This document shows positions 1-8,239 of a DNA stretch of 28,134 nucleotides, piece after piece. This DNA comes from a virus. Lineage: Duplodnaviria > Caudoviricetes. The stretch covers positions 1 through 28,134 of IMG/VR virus record IMGVR_UViG_3300032216_000831. One strand, written 5' to 3'. The position numbers and the translations under genes are program-made. The notes under the pieces were generated by a model that saw only the letters and a list, made by a program, of their open reading frames with translations, was not told the DNA's origin and made no database searches. Every line of letters starts with the position of its first letter. Within the stretch, counting starts at the first letter, position 1.

Positions 1-249
1 AATGTATGTTATGGAGAAGGGTTTACAGTAAATGAAACACTTGCAACTATTAAAGAATTGGATAATAATACAAATCCAATTGAATATGTAAATAACAAAG
101 CACCAATGATTCCTATTAGATTATTATCTTCAAAAAAGATTAATGATTTAGGATGGAAACCAAAGAGAAATTTAAAAGAAGCCCTAAAAGAAACAATTGA
201 GTGGTATAAAACAAATAAACATTTATATAATCCAAATTCTAAACCATAA
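1..249 (+). CDS. NAD-dependent epimerase/dehydratase (extended SDR), C-terminal fragment; 5' end outside the window
   Basis: Frame is open from base 1: NVCYGEGFTVNE...IRLLSSKKINDLGWKPKRNLKEALKETIEWY. This matches the typical C-terminus of nucleotide-sugar epimerases (N.G.G...; LGW.P...L.E.L..T..WY). Confidence 0.85.
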   Translation, partial: NVCYGEGFTVNETLATIKELDNNTNPIEYVNNKAPMIPIRLLSSKKINDLGWKPKRNLKEALKETIEWYKTNKHLYNPNSKP

Positions 250-791
250 TGAGTACACCACAAACGTCTCCATATAAAGATGAACTTACTAAAGCAATGA
301 CATTCCTTGCTGAAAAAGAAGATACCATTTTTATAGGACAACAGATAGTTTACGCAGGAAATCCAATGAGTACAACACTAACCGAAGTACCAAAGGAAAA
401 AATGATTGAAGTTCCTGTTATGGAAGAAACACAAATGGGAATGAGTTTGGGAATGGCAATGACAGGTAAATCGGTTGTTACATTTTATCCTCGTTGGGAT
501 TTTTTAGTATCTGCAACAAACCAATTAGTAAATCATGCTGATAAGTTTGAACATATGACTGGCAAAAAAGTCAATGTTATTATTAGAGTAGGTGTTGGAA
601 GTAAAGACCCCTTAGACCCAGGAATTCAACATAGAAACGATTATACAAACGAATTTAAATCAATGCTACAATTTACTAAAGTACATGAATTAAAAAATTC
701 AAAAGATATTTATACAATATATACTAATGCATATAATGAAGGTGGTATTCATATTATTGTTGAATGGCCTGAATTATATTATAAAGATTAA
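249..791 (+). CDS. Transketolase / 2-oxoacid dehydrogenase E1-beta-like pyrimidine-binding subunit
   Basis: IFIGQ, IEVPVMEETQMGMSLGMAMTG, DFLVSATNQLVN and PGIQH motifs resemble the TPP-enzyme PYR domain. It lies in a sugar-gene context. Confidence 0.85.
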   Translation: MSTPQTSPYKDELTKAMTFLAEKEDTIFIGQQIVYAGNPMSTTLTEVPKEKMIEVPVMEETQMGMSLGMAMTGKSVVTFYPRWDFLVSATNQLVNHADKFEHMTGKKVNVIIRVGVGSKDPLDPGIQHRNDYTNEFKSMLQFTKVHELKNSKDIYTIYTNAYNEGGIHIIVEWPELYYKD

Positions 792-796
792 TTACT

Positions 797-925
797 ATGT
801 TAAAAAAATTACCAATAATTTCATTTTTTGTTAAAAAATACGAAAATTATAAAATGAAGAAAAAACTTCAAAAAAAATTAGAAGAACTTAGAAAAAGAGA
901 CCCATTTGTTTATAAAAATTTCTAA
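797..925 (+). CDS. Small basic hypothetical protein (42 aa), not in the ORF track
   Basis: ATG 797 to TAA 925 gives MLKKLPIISFFVKKYENYKMKKKLQKKLEELRKRDPFVYKNF. It fills the gap and abuts the next ATG at 926. Confidence 0.7.
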   Translation: MLKKLPIISFFVKKYENYKMKKKLQKKLEELRKRDPFVYKNF

Positions 926-2362
926 ATGAAAAATAAAATAATACTTGGGTACGATGTAATGACATATAATGGTGAACAACCAAATTGTCTAAATCCAAAA
1001 TTTTTAAATACAATATATAACGCTTCTGATTTCTTTTTTTCAGATTCTCTTGAATTTTTTGCAAAAAGATGGAATAATAATTGGGCACTTTACAATAGTA
1101 ATATGTACAATAATTATGCTGAAAAAAAATCATTATATCAAATAAAGGAAGATAGAAAAAATGGAATTAAATATGATTGGTTTTACATAATTGAACCATT
1201 TGCAAGTTTAGAAAACTTTTTTGGTAATGACCAATTTTATAATGAATTTGTTTTAAATAACATTTCAAAAGTAGCTTTGGATGAAATATCAAATGGTAAT
1301 GGTAAATTACTTATTAATTATGTATGTGATGGTGGTACTGCGTTTGAAGTTAAAAATTTTGAAAAATTAATAAAATTTGTAAAAGATAATAATATACCTG
1401 ATGAAAAAGTATATTTTGTATTTGCTGATTTTAAATTAAAAGATAATTTGAAACAATTGGGTGTAAACTATAAAGTAATAGATTATAGTTATAATATGAT
1501 TGGAAAAGCACAAGAATTTAATAATACATTAACAAATCCAAATTATAGTTATTGGGGTGAAGGTTCATACGAACCGCAATTTGGCACAATAGAACACAGA
1601 AAAAATTCAGTTACAACATCACAGGAATTTTTAGAAAGTATTGGAAAAGAAAAAAAAGATTTTTTATTATTAAATAGACATTGGAAATTACATAGATTAC
1701 TTTTATTAAGTCAATTACATAAATTGGGTTTTGAAAAAAGTTTAGTTTCTTGGGATAAACAATTTTCCTATCAGTTGGATAGAAATGCATTTACGATGCA
1801 TGAAGAAAATGAAGAATTTTTAAAATTAATTACAGAAACATCTTCATTATTAGACATACAAGATTTAACAAAAATTGCAGGTTTTGGTTTTGAAAATAAA
1901 GAAATATATTTAAACACATATTTGAGTATTGTTACAGAATCAATTTTTTTCCAAGAACATGAAAATTTTCCAAGTGGATATTTAAGTGAAAAAGTGTGGA
2001 AACCAATAGGACATTGTCAACCTTTTATTTTAGCAGGCCCATCAAAATCTTTAGAACATATTAGAGAACGTTTTGGATATAAAACATTTCACCCATATAT
2101 TGATGAAAGTTATGATATTGAAGATAATGATTTAAAACGACTAAAGATGATTCAAATTGAAATAGATAAGTTTGCAAACAAAACAAAAGAAGAAAAAGAT
2201 GAATTTTTAAATAACGTTAAAGAAATATGTTTATATAACCAAAATTTATTTTTACAATATGGTAAAAACAGTTATAAAATATTTAATACTAATAAAGAAA
2301 TGAAATTAATTTTAAATTTTTTATTAGATGGTAAGTTAGAAATCTTTAATAGTATCATTTAA
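926..2362 (+). CDS. Glycosyltransferase-like protein (putative)
   Basis: C-terminal SIVTES...YLSEKVWKPI...QPFILAG...GYKTFHPYIDESYD recalls the E..Y.(T/S)EK donor-binding segment of GT10-like GT-B enzymes. It is adjacent to sugar genes. Function is inferred. Confidence 0.5.
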   Translation: MKNKIILGYDVMTYNGEQPNCLNPKFLNTIYNASDFFFSDSLEFFAKRWNNNWALYNSNMYNNYAEKKSLYQIKEDRKNGIKYDWFYIIEPFASLENFFGNDQFYNEFVLNNISKVALDEISNGNGKLLINYVCDGGTAFEVKNFEKLIKFVKDNNIPDEKVYFVFADFKLKDNLKQLGVNYKVIDYSYNMIGKAQEFNNTLTNPNYSYWGEGSYEPQFGTIEHRKNSVTTSQEFLESIGKEKKDFLLLNRHWKLHRLLLLSQLHKLGFEKSLVSWDKQFSYQLDRNAFTMHEENEEFLKLITETSSLLDIQDLTKIAGFGFENKEIYLNTYLSIVTESIFFQEHENFPSGYLSEKVWKPIGHCQPFILAGPSKSLEHIRERFGYKTFHPYIDESYDIEDNDLKRLKMIQIEIDKFANKTKEEKDEFLNNVKEICLYNQNLFLQYGKNSYKIFNTNKEMKLILNFLLDGKLEIFNSII

Positions 2363-2364
2363 CA

Positions 2365-2373
2365 ATATTTATA
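2365..2373 (+). promoter_or_regulatory. ATATTTATA motif, candidate late promoter
   Basis: Exact motif in a 14-nt spacer, ending 3 nt before ATG 2377. It recurs in five other spacers. Confidence 0.6.
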
Positions 2374-2376
2374 TAC

Positions 2377-5300
2377 ATGAATTTAAAAAATAACATATTA
2401 AAAGAAGATGCACCTGCAGGGGGTGGTTTTCCAGGAGGAATAGGTACAGGGTTAACTTTATCGGGTGGATATATAAATGGTGCACCAACAGGTTCAGTAG
2501 ATGAAACAAATAATACAAAACCTTCATCAAAAGTAAGACCAGAACCACATCCTACAAGACATGAAACAGAACATCCTGCAGATGAACCAGATTGGCATAA
2601 AAGAAAAGACCCATACGACCCAATTTCAGAATTATTAGGTAGAGTTGTGGCTGAAGAAATATTTAAAGATTTTGTTAAAGAATATTTTGATGAGATTGAA
2701 GAAACCGTTGAAGGCTCTCAAGGTGATGTAGCTTGGTTAGATGGTTTTGCAAGTGTTGGTAAAGAACATAATGATAGTTGGGAAGATTTTGATAATCCTA
2801 CACAGGGATATACAGATAAATTACCAGGATGGGAAGTACATGGACATTTAAGTGACTCATTACCAAAATCAGTAAAAGATAGAACTTTACCAAAAGGTAA
2901 TCATTTTGAAGAAAATGGAGAAGCTAAGAGAGTAATGCATCCATCAAAAAGTGCAGAATACGCACAAGAAAAGAAAGAAAGATGGGAAATGAATCCAATG
3001 TCTACAAATGATAAAACGTATGCACCACATGATAACTATAAACCAGTAAGTATACACATACAAGAAGCCGGAAATAAGGCATTAGATGTAGAAATACCAT
3101 ATACGGATAGTCAAGGCCAACAAAAGAAAATTAAAGCAAGAGATGCGTTAAGATTACCAAAAGACCATCCAGCACATATTCAAGCTGCAAAAATAGCAGG
3201 CCCCAAAGATGCACCTGCAAATGAACCCAAAAAGAAAGAGGAGCCAGGTAAAGCAGCGCAAGCAGCAGCAAAACCGGCACAACCAGGTCAGCCTGTTAAA
3301 AAAGGACAAACTGCAAAAGGTCAAAGTGATAAACAAAAACCAAATGATGTTACAGGTGGAAAAGAAAAAGAACAAGCCCCACCACCTGAACAAAAATTAA
3401 GTGGTTCAGAATTAAAATCAAATGCCGAAAAACCAAAAGTTGACCCAAAAGAAAAAGAAGCAAAACAAAATTTAGATAAAGAACTTTCAAAATTACCCAA
3501 AGAGGAACAAGAGGCAGTTAAAAATATGAATGACCCAAATTCTGAAAGTAGAAAATCTATGAGTAAAAATATTGGTAATTTTTTACAAGATAAAGGTAAT
3601 AAATTATGGGGTAGTGTAAAGAAATGGGGACATGAGAAAAAACATATGGTGCAAGGATGTAATGATAGTGTTAAATCGATTATCAATACAGGTAAATTAG
3701 GACATGTAAAAAATAAAGAAACAGGTAAATACGAATATAGTGAAAAAGCACACCATGACCAAAAACATGCGTTAAAACATATGGCTAAAGATGTTGCTTT
3801 ATTAGGTGCATCAATGATAGGAGCAGCTGCAGTAGGTGGTGCTATTGGTGGTGGTTTGGCCGCAGCAAAGGCTGCAGGTGCACACGCAGTAGGACATGCA
3901 GCAGGTCATGGCATTGGCCAATCAATTGCTCATGGTGCCGTACATGGAGTTACGGGCCTATTTCATCATGGAGCAGCCGGACTTGCAACACATATTGGAA
4001 AAGATTTGGCAAAACACTCATTTTTTGAAACAATGGGATTAGGAGGCCCACATGCGGCCGCAGCAACAGGTGTAGCGGGTGTAATAAGTCATTTAATGGA
4101 AGGTGATGAAGGTGAAGATAATTCAAAATTTGTAGATAATGTTGTATCTAAAAGTTTACAAAAAATGTCTACATATCAAATGTCTAGTCAACAAATGTTA
4201 GACTCTATTCAAAGACATAATCAACGACAACCAAAAAAAGATTTGGAAGATTTGTTAAAAGAAAATATTTCAGAATCTAAAGAAAATTCTATTCAACATT
4301 TTATTGAATTTGCAACTAAAAGATTAAAATTAAAAGAAACACCAAAAGTTACACTATTAACAGGTAAAGAATATTCTAATGCAAAAACCAGTTTAGGTGG
4401 ATATAGTCCAATGACAAAAGAAATATTTGTTATGGTAGATGATAGATTAACTGCGGATATTTGTAGAACCATTGCACATGAGATGGTTCATAGAAAACAA
4501 GATGAATTGGGTTTAGTAAGAAATGAAGAAAAAGATGGGGCAGATGGTTCTCCAATAGAAAATCAAGCTCATGCAGTTGCAGGAATATTAATGAGAGAAT
4601 ATGGTAGAATTAATAAAGAAATTTACAATGAAGATATTAATGTAGATGTAGATAAAGGTGATACGGTTTTGATGGGAAAGTTTAAAAACAAAGAAACCAA
4701 AATAAAAGATATAGGTACAGACGACCACGGAATGCCTACAATTAATGGTAAAAAAGCAGTAACCTTTAGAGTTCCAGAAAAAAAAAATATTAACGAAGAA
4801 TTACTTTTAGAAGGTGGTGCAGCAGGACATTTGGCTCATCCGTATGAAGATAGTGATTTAACATTTTCTGATATGAAAGAAATGATTAATCGTGGTCTTA
4901 TTGGTGGATTAGATAAAGAAGGACCTGTTAGTGAAAAATTAGACGGACAAAATATTGCATTTACAGTTAAAGATGGCCAAATTAGATTTGGTAGAAATAA
5001 AGGCCACGTTAAAAATAAAGGTGAAAATTCATTGGATGTAAAAGGTATTGCACAACAATTTGCCGGAAGAGGTGGAATTGAAAAAGCATTTAAAAATTCA
5101 TCCGAAGATTTACAGGCCGCAGTCAAAAAATTATCTCCAGAACAAGTTAACAAAATGTTTGGTAATGGTTCTAAATTTATGAGTTTAGAAATTATACTTC
5201 CAGAAACTCAAAATGTAATACCTTACGGAAAGAATGTTTTAGTAATGCATGGTACAATTGAATATAATAAAGACGGAGAACAAATAAGTCGTTCAACCGA

Positions 5301-6858
5301 AGATGCTAAAACATTTGCAAAGGAAGTTCAGAAAGCAGGTGCTGATAAACAAAAAACATTTAATATCGAAGGCCCTAAAGAAATTGAATTTGATAATTCA
5401 AATACAAAAGAATATACACAAAAAGCAAAACAATACAATTCCGAATTAGATAAAACAATTAAACAATTTGGTTTAAATGACAAATCTAAACTAGAAGATT
5501 ATAAAAGAGCATGGTGGAATAAAGAATTAGATAATCAGAGTATTAAATTTTCAAAACAAGAAAAAGAAGGATTAATTAAAAGATTTGCAGATGATGATAA
5601 AACATTTGGTAGCAAAAATTTTGATGATAATAAGAAAAAAGAATGGTTTAAAAATTATGAAACTAACCAATTGGCAAAATCACAAAAGAAAATGATTAAC
5701 CCAATTGAAATGGTATTTTTAAATTCAGGTGCACAGGTATTAAAAAGAGTAAATAATTTTTTATCAAATGATACCAAATCAAAAAATGCATTAAAAAAAG
5801 ATACATTAGAATCTATAAAAGGAATTAAAAATAGTAAAGACCCTGATAAAATTGCAAAATTACAAAAAGAATTGCAAAGATTGAATGCAATCGGTATGGA
5901 TAATGTAGTACCATCCGAAGGTGTAGTATTTCAATATAAAGGACATCCATATAAATTTACAGGAGCATTTGCACCTATAAATCAAATCAACGGAACATTT
6001 AAATTTGATAAACCAAAAAAGAAAGAAGTAACAACCGATACTAAACCCGTTGAAAAATCTAAAAATGAAACAGCAATATTTAGTGGTCGTTTTCAACCAT
6101 TTCATGCAGGTCATTATAGTATTTACAAATCATTGGTAAATAAATTTGGTAAAGATAATGTTTATATTGCATCTTCAAATGCAATGGATGATGTTAAATC
6201 TCCTTTTAATTTTAGAGAAAAGAAAAACATTATGACTACAATGTTTGGAATACCACCTAATAAAGTTGTTCAAGTTAAAAACCCATATGCACCTGTTGAA
6301 ATACTAAATAAATTACCAAAAGATGCAAAATATGTTACTGCCGTTTCACAAAAAGATGCAGAAAGATTAGAAAAAGGTGGAAAATATTTTAAAAACTATG
6401 ATAAAGTTCCAAATAATAAAAAGAAATCATATGAGCATGAAGGATACTTTATTGTAGCACCTGAAATGCAATTAAAAGTAAATGGTGAAAATATTAGTGG
6501 AACACAATTGAGAGCAACATTTGGTAGTAGTTTACTTAGTGTGCCTGAAAAGAAAAAAATATTTCAACAAATTTATCCTAAGTTTGATAAAGATGTATTT
6601 GCTAAAATAGTTGTAACAACCAAAAAAGCTGAAGCAGTTAAACAGGCAAAAACCAAACAATCGGAACCTGATACTAAAAAACAAAAACCATCTGAAAAGG
6701 ATTTAATTGATAAATTACCTAAAAAATTATTAAGTAAAACAATAAAAAATCCAGATACAGGTAGAACTATTAAATTAAAAAGTGCTTTAAGATATGATAA
6801 ATCATCCAAAGTAAGAAAAAATGCAGATAGTATGGTAAAGCAAGCATTAAGAAAATAA
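2377..6858 (+). CDS. Large multi-module protein, probably virion-internal: Gly/Ala/His-rich segment, HExxH metallopeptidase-like domain, ATP-dependent ligase-fold domain, HxGH nucleotidyltransferase domain
   Basis: HEMVH at 4477-4491 with downstream ENQA; EKLDG at 4933-4947; EGVVF at 5917; YKF at 5950; FSGRFQPFHAGH ending at 6114; ISGTQLR at 6493-6513. Modules are bounded by (I/L/M/Y)-x-E sites. Confidence 0.75.
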   Translation: MNLKNNILKEDAPAGGGFPGGIGTGLTLSGGYINGAPTGSVDETNNTKPSSKVRPEPHPTRHETEHPADEPDWHKRKDPYDPISELLGRVVAEEIFKDFVKEYFDEIEETVEGSQGDVAWLDGFASVGKEHNDSWEDFDNPTQGYTDKLPGWEVHGHLSDSLPKSVKDRTLPKGNHFEENGEAKRVMHPSKSAEYAQEKKERWEMNPMSTNDKTYAPHDNYKPVSIHIQEAGNKALDVEIPYTDSQGQQKKIKARDALRLPKDHPAHIQAAKIAGPKDAPANEPKKKEEPGKAAQAAAKPAQPGQPVKKGQTAKGQSDKQKPNDVTGGKEKEQAPPPEQKLSGSELKSNAEKPKVDPKEKEAKQNLDKELSKLPKEEQEAVKNMNDPNSESRKSMSKNIGNFLQDKGNKLWGSVKKWGHEKKHMVQGCNDSVKSIINTGKLGHVKNKETGKYEYSEKAHHDQKHALKHMAKDVALLGASMIGAAAVGGAIGGGLAAAKAAGAHAVGHAAGHGIGQSIAHGAVHGVTGLFHHGAAGLATHIGKDLAKHSFFETMGLGGPHAAAATGVAGVISHLMEGDEGEDNSKFVDNVVSKSLQKMSTYQMSSQQMLDSIQRHNQRQPKKDLEDLLKENISESKENSIQHFIEFATKRLKLKETPKVTLLTGKEYSNAKTSLGGYSPMTKEIFVMVDDRLTADICRTIAHEMVHRKQDELGLVRNEEKDGADGSPIENQAHAVAGILMREYGRINKEIYNEDINVDVDKGDTVLMGKFKNKETKIKDIGTDDHGMPTINGKKAVTFRVPEKKNINEELLLEGGAAGHLAHPYEDSDLTFSDMKEMINRGLIGGLDKEGPVSEKLDGQNIAFTVKDGQIRFGRNKGHVKNKGENSLDVKGIAQQFAGRGGIEKAFKNSSEDLQAAVKKLSPEQVNKMFGNGSKFMSLEIILPETQNVIPYGKNVLVMHGTIEYNKDGEQISRSTEDAKTFAKEVQKAGADKQKTFNIEGPKEIEFDNSNTKEYTQKAKQYNSELDKTIKQFGLNDKSKLEDYKRAWWNKELDNQSIKFSKQEKEGLIKRFADDDKTFGSKNFDDNKKKEWFKNYETNQLAKSQKKMINPIEMVFLNSGAQVLKRVNNFLSNDTKSKNALKKDTLESIKGIKNSKDPDKIAKLQKELQRLNAIGMDNVVPSEGVVFQYKGHPYKFTGAFAPINQINGTFKFDKPKKKEVTTDTKPVEKSKNETAIFSGRFQPFHAGHYSIYKSLVNKFGKDNVYIASSNAMDDVKSPFNFREKKNIMTTMFGIPPNKVVQVKNPYAPVEILNKLPKDAKYVTAVSQKDAERLEKGGKYFKNYDKVPNNKKKSYEHEGYFIVAPEMQLKVNGENISGTQLRATFGSSLLSVPEKKKIFQQIYPKFDKDVFAKIVVTTKKAEAVKQAKTKQSEPDTKKQKPSEKDLIDKLPKKLLSKTIKNPDTGRTIKLKSALRYDKSSKVRKNADSMVKQALRK

Positions 6859-6874
6859 TTTTGCTTTAGCAACT

Positions 6875-6891
6875 AATTTGATATATATTAT
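6875..6891 (+). promoter_or_regulatory. 17-nt element AATTTGATATATATTAT, copy 1 (candidate promoter variant)
   Basis: Identical to 16470-16486. Both copies are intergenic and upstream of genes with an AAGGA motif. Confidence 0.55.
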
Positions 6892-6923
6892 AATAATAAA
6901 CAGTTACAAAAAGGAACATTAGT

Positions 6924-7592
6924 ATGGCAAAAAGAAAAAGTTTTGACGAAAAAAACAAAAACATTCACAAATCTCGTAAGTTAATTATAGATACGGTATT
7001 TGGTAGAACGGATAATAATCAAAGAGTATTTGGTTATGAAAAAGAAGCAGAACAAAAAAGAAAAGTTGGTGAACGATGGACTGATAAAGAAGGTAAAGAA
7101 TGGGAACAACAGGAGGGATTTATTTCGTCTGTTACTCAAATGGAAAGTGTTAGAAACTTTTTAGATAAAATCAGTAATTGTTCTGCAGAAGATTGTAAAA
7201 CAATAAAATATAGTGTTGCGGATAAAAAATTAATTCGTAAAACTGGAAAGTGTGTAGATTGTTTACAAAAAGAAGAAGTTGTATTAAAAGAAGATGGAAC
7301 ATGGCCATTTTTTGAAGATTATAAAATAACAAATAATAAACTTGCATACATTAGAGATTTAAAAGACCAATATGAAAACGCATATGATGGACTTAGACAA
7401 CAAATTGAAATGGTAGGTGAAGATGGTAGAATTGAAAAATGGACATGGGATATTGATATTGAACAAGTAAAAAAAGATTTAAAACAAGACATCGATGGTG
7501 CATATGAAGCAATTGAATTATTAATAGATAGAAAAAGAGCATTAGAAGAAAAACTAATAGAATTTAAACATCCAGAACTAGTAAAAAAATAA
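6924..7592 (+). CDS. Hypothetical protein with a putative zinc-binding Cys cluster
   Basis: 222-aa ORF with CSAEDC...CVDC and a helical C-terminus. AAAGGA at 6910-6915 lies 8 nt before the ATG. Confidence 0.7.
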   Translation: MAKRKSFDEKNKNIHKSRKLIIDTVFGRTDNNQRVFGYEKEAEQKRKVGERWTDKEGKEWEQQEGFISSVTQMESVRNFLDKISNCSAEDCKTIKYSVADKKLIRKTGKCVDCLQKEEVVLKEDGTWPFFEDYKITNNKLAYIRDLKDQYENAYDGLRQQIEMVGEDGRIEKWTWDIDIEQVKKDLKQDIDGAYEAIELLIDRKRALEEKLIEFKHPELVKK

Positions 7593-7594
7593 AA

Positions 7595-8239
7595 ATGAAA
7601 AATTTAAAAAACATTGCAATATTATTATTAATTGCAGTAGTAGTTTTCCAACAATGTGGTGGAAACAAAACAAAAACAGGTGAAATTGTAAAAGTTGATG
7701 GTAAAAAATATGAACTTATCAAACATGAAATTGATACATTTGAAGTAGTTAAAACAAAAGTAGTAACTAAGAAGGGTGAAGATATTTATCACGAAACAAT
7801 TAAGCATGATACCGCAATTAAATTAATTAATGTGGATACTGTAGCTTTATTGCATGACTATTTTGCAAAAAATATATACAAAGATACATTACATTTACCA
7901 GATAGTTTAGGAATTGTATCTTTAATTGATACAATCACACAAAACAAAATCTTAGGTAGAACTTTCAACGCAAATGTTAAACAAAGAGTTATTAAAGAAA
8001 CTACAATTGTAAAAGAATTACCTAAAACAAAAGTATTTTATGGTATTGAGGGTGGTTTTAATAAAGCAGATGTTGTTTCTCATATAGGATTAGGTATGAT
8101 AATTAATACAAAATCTGACAAAATATTTCAATTAGGATTAGGAGTTGCCAATCGTGTAACTACACCAAACGGAACAAGTGGAACATTGTCTCCTTTTATT
8201 ACCGGTGGTGTATATTGGAAGATTAAATTTAAAAAATAA
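7595..8239 (+). CDS. Membrane-anchored or lipoprotein-like envelope protein (spanin-like lysis protein possible)
   Basis: N-terminus MKNLKN-IAILLLIAVVVF-QQC; extended D(T/S)-rich middle; amphipathic beta-strand C-terminus ending GGVYWKIKFKK. Confidence 0.55.
   Translation: MKNLKNIAILLLIAVVVFQQCGGNKTKTGEIVKVDGKKYELIKHEIDTFEVVKTKVVTKKGEDIYHETIKHDTAIKLINVDTVALLHDYFAKNIYKDTLHLPDSLGIVSLIDTITQNKILGRTFNANVKQRVIKETTIVKELPKTKVFYGIEGGFNKADVVSHIGLGMIINTKSDKIFQLGLGVANRVTTPNGTSGTLSPFITGGVYWKIKFKK

Noticed and set aside
6871-6880. Host Bacteroidota sigma-70 -7 element (TAnnTTTG)
   Set aside because: The sequence reads TAATTTG, one base short of the consensus spacing, and the second copy lacks the TA.
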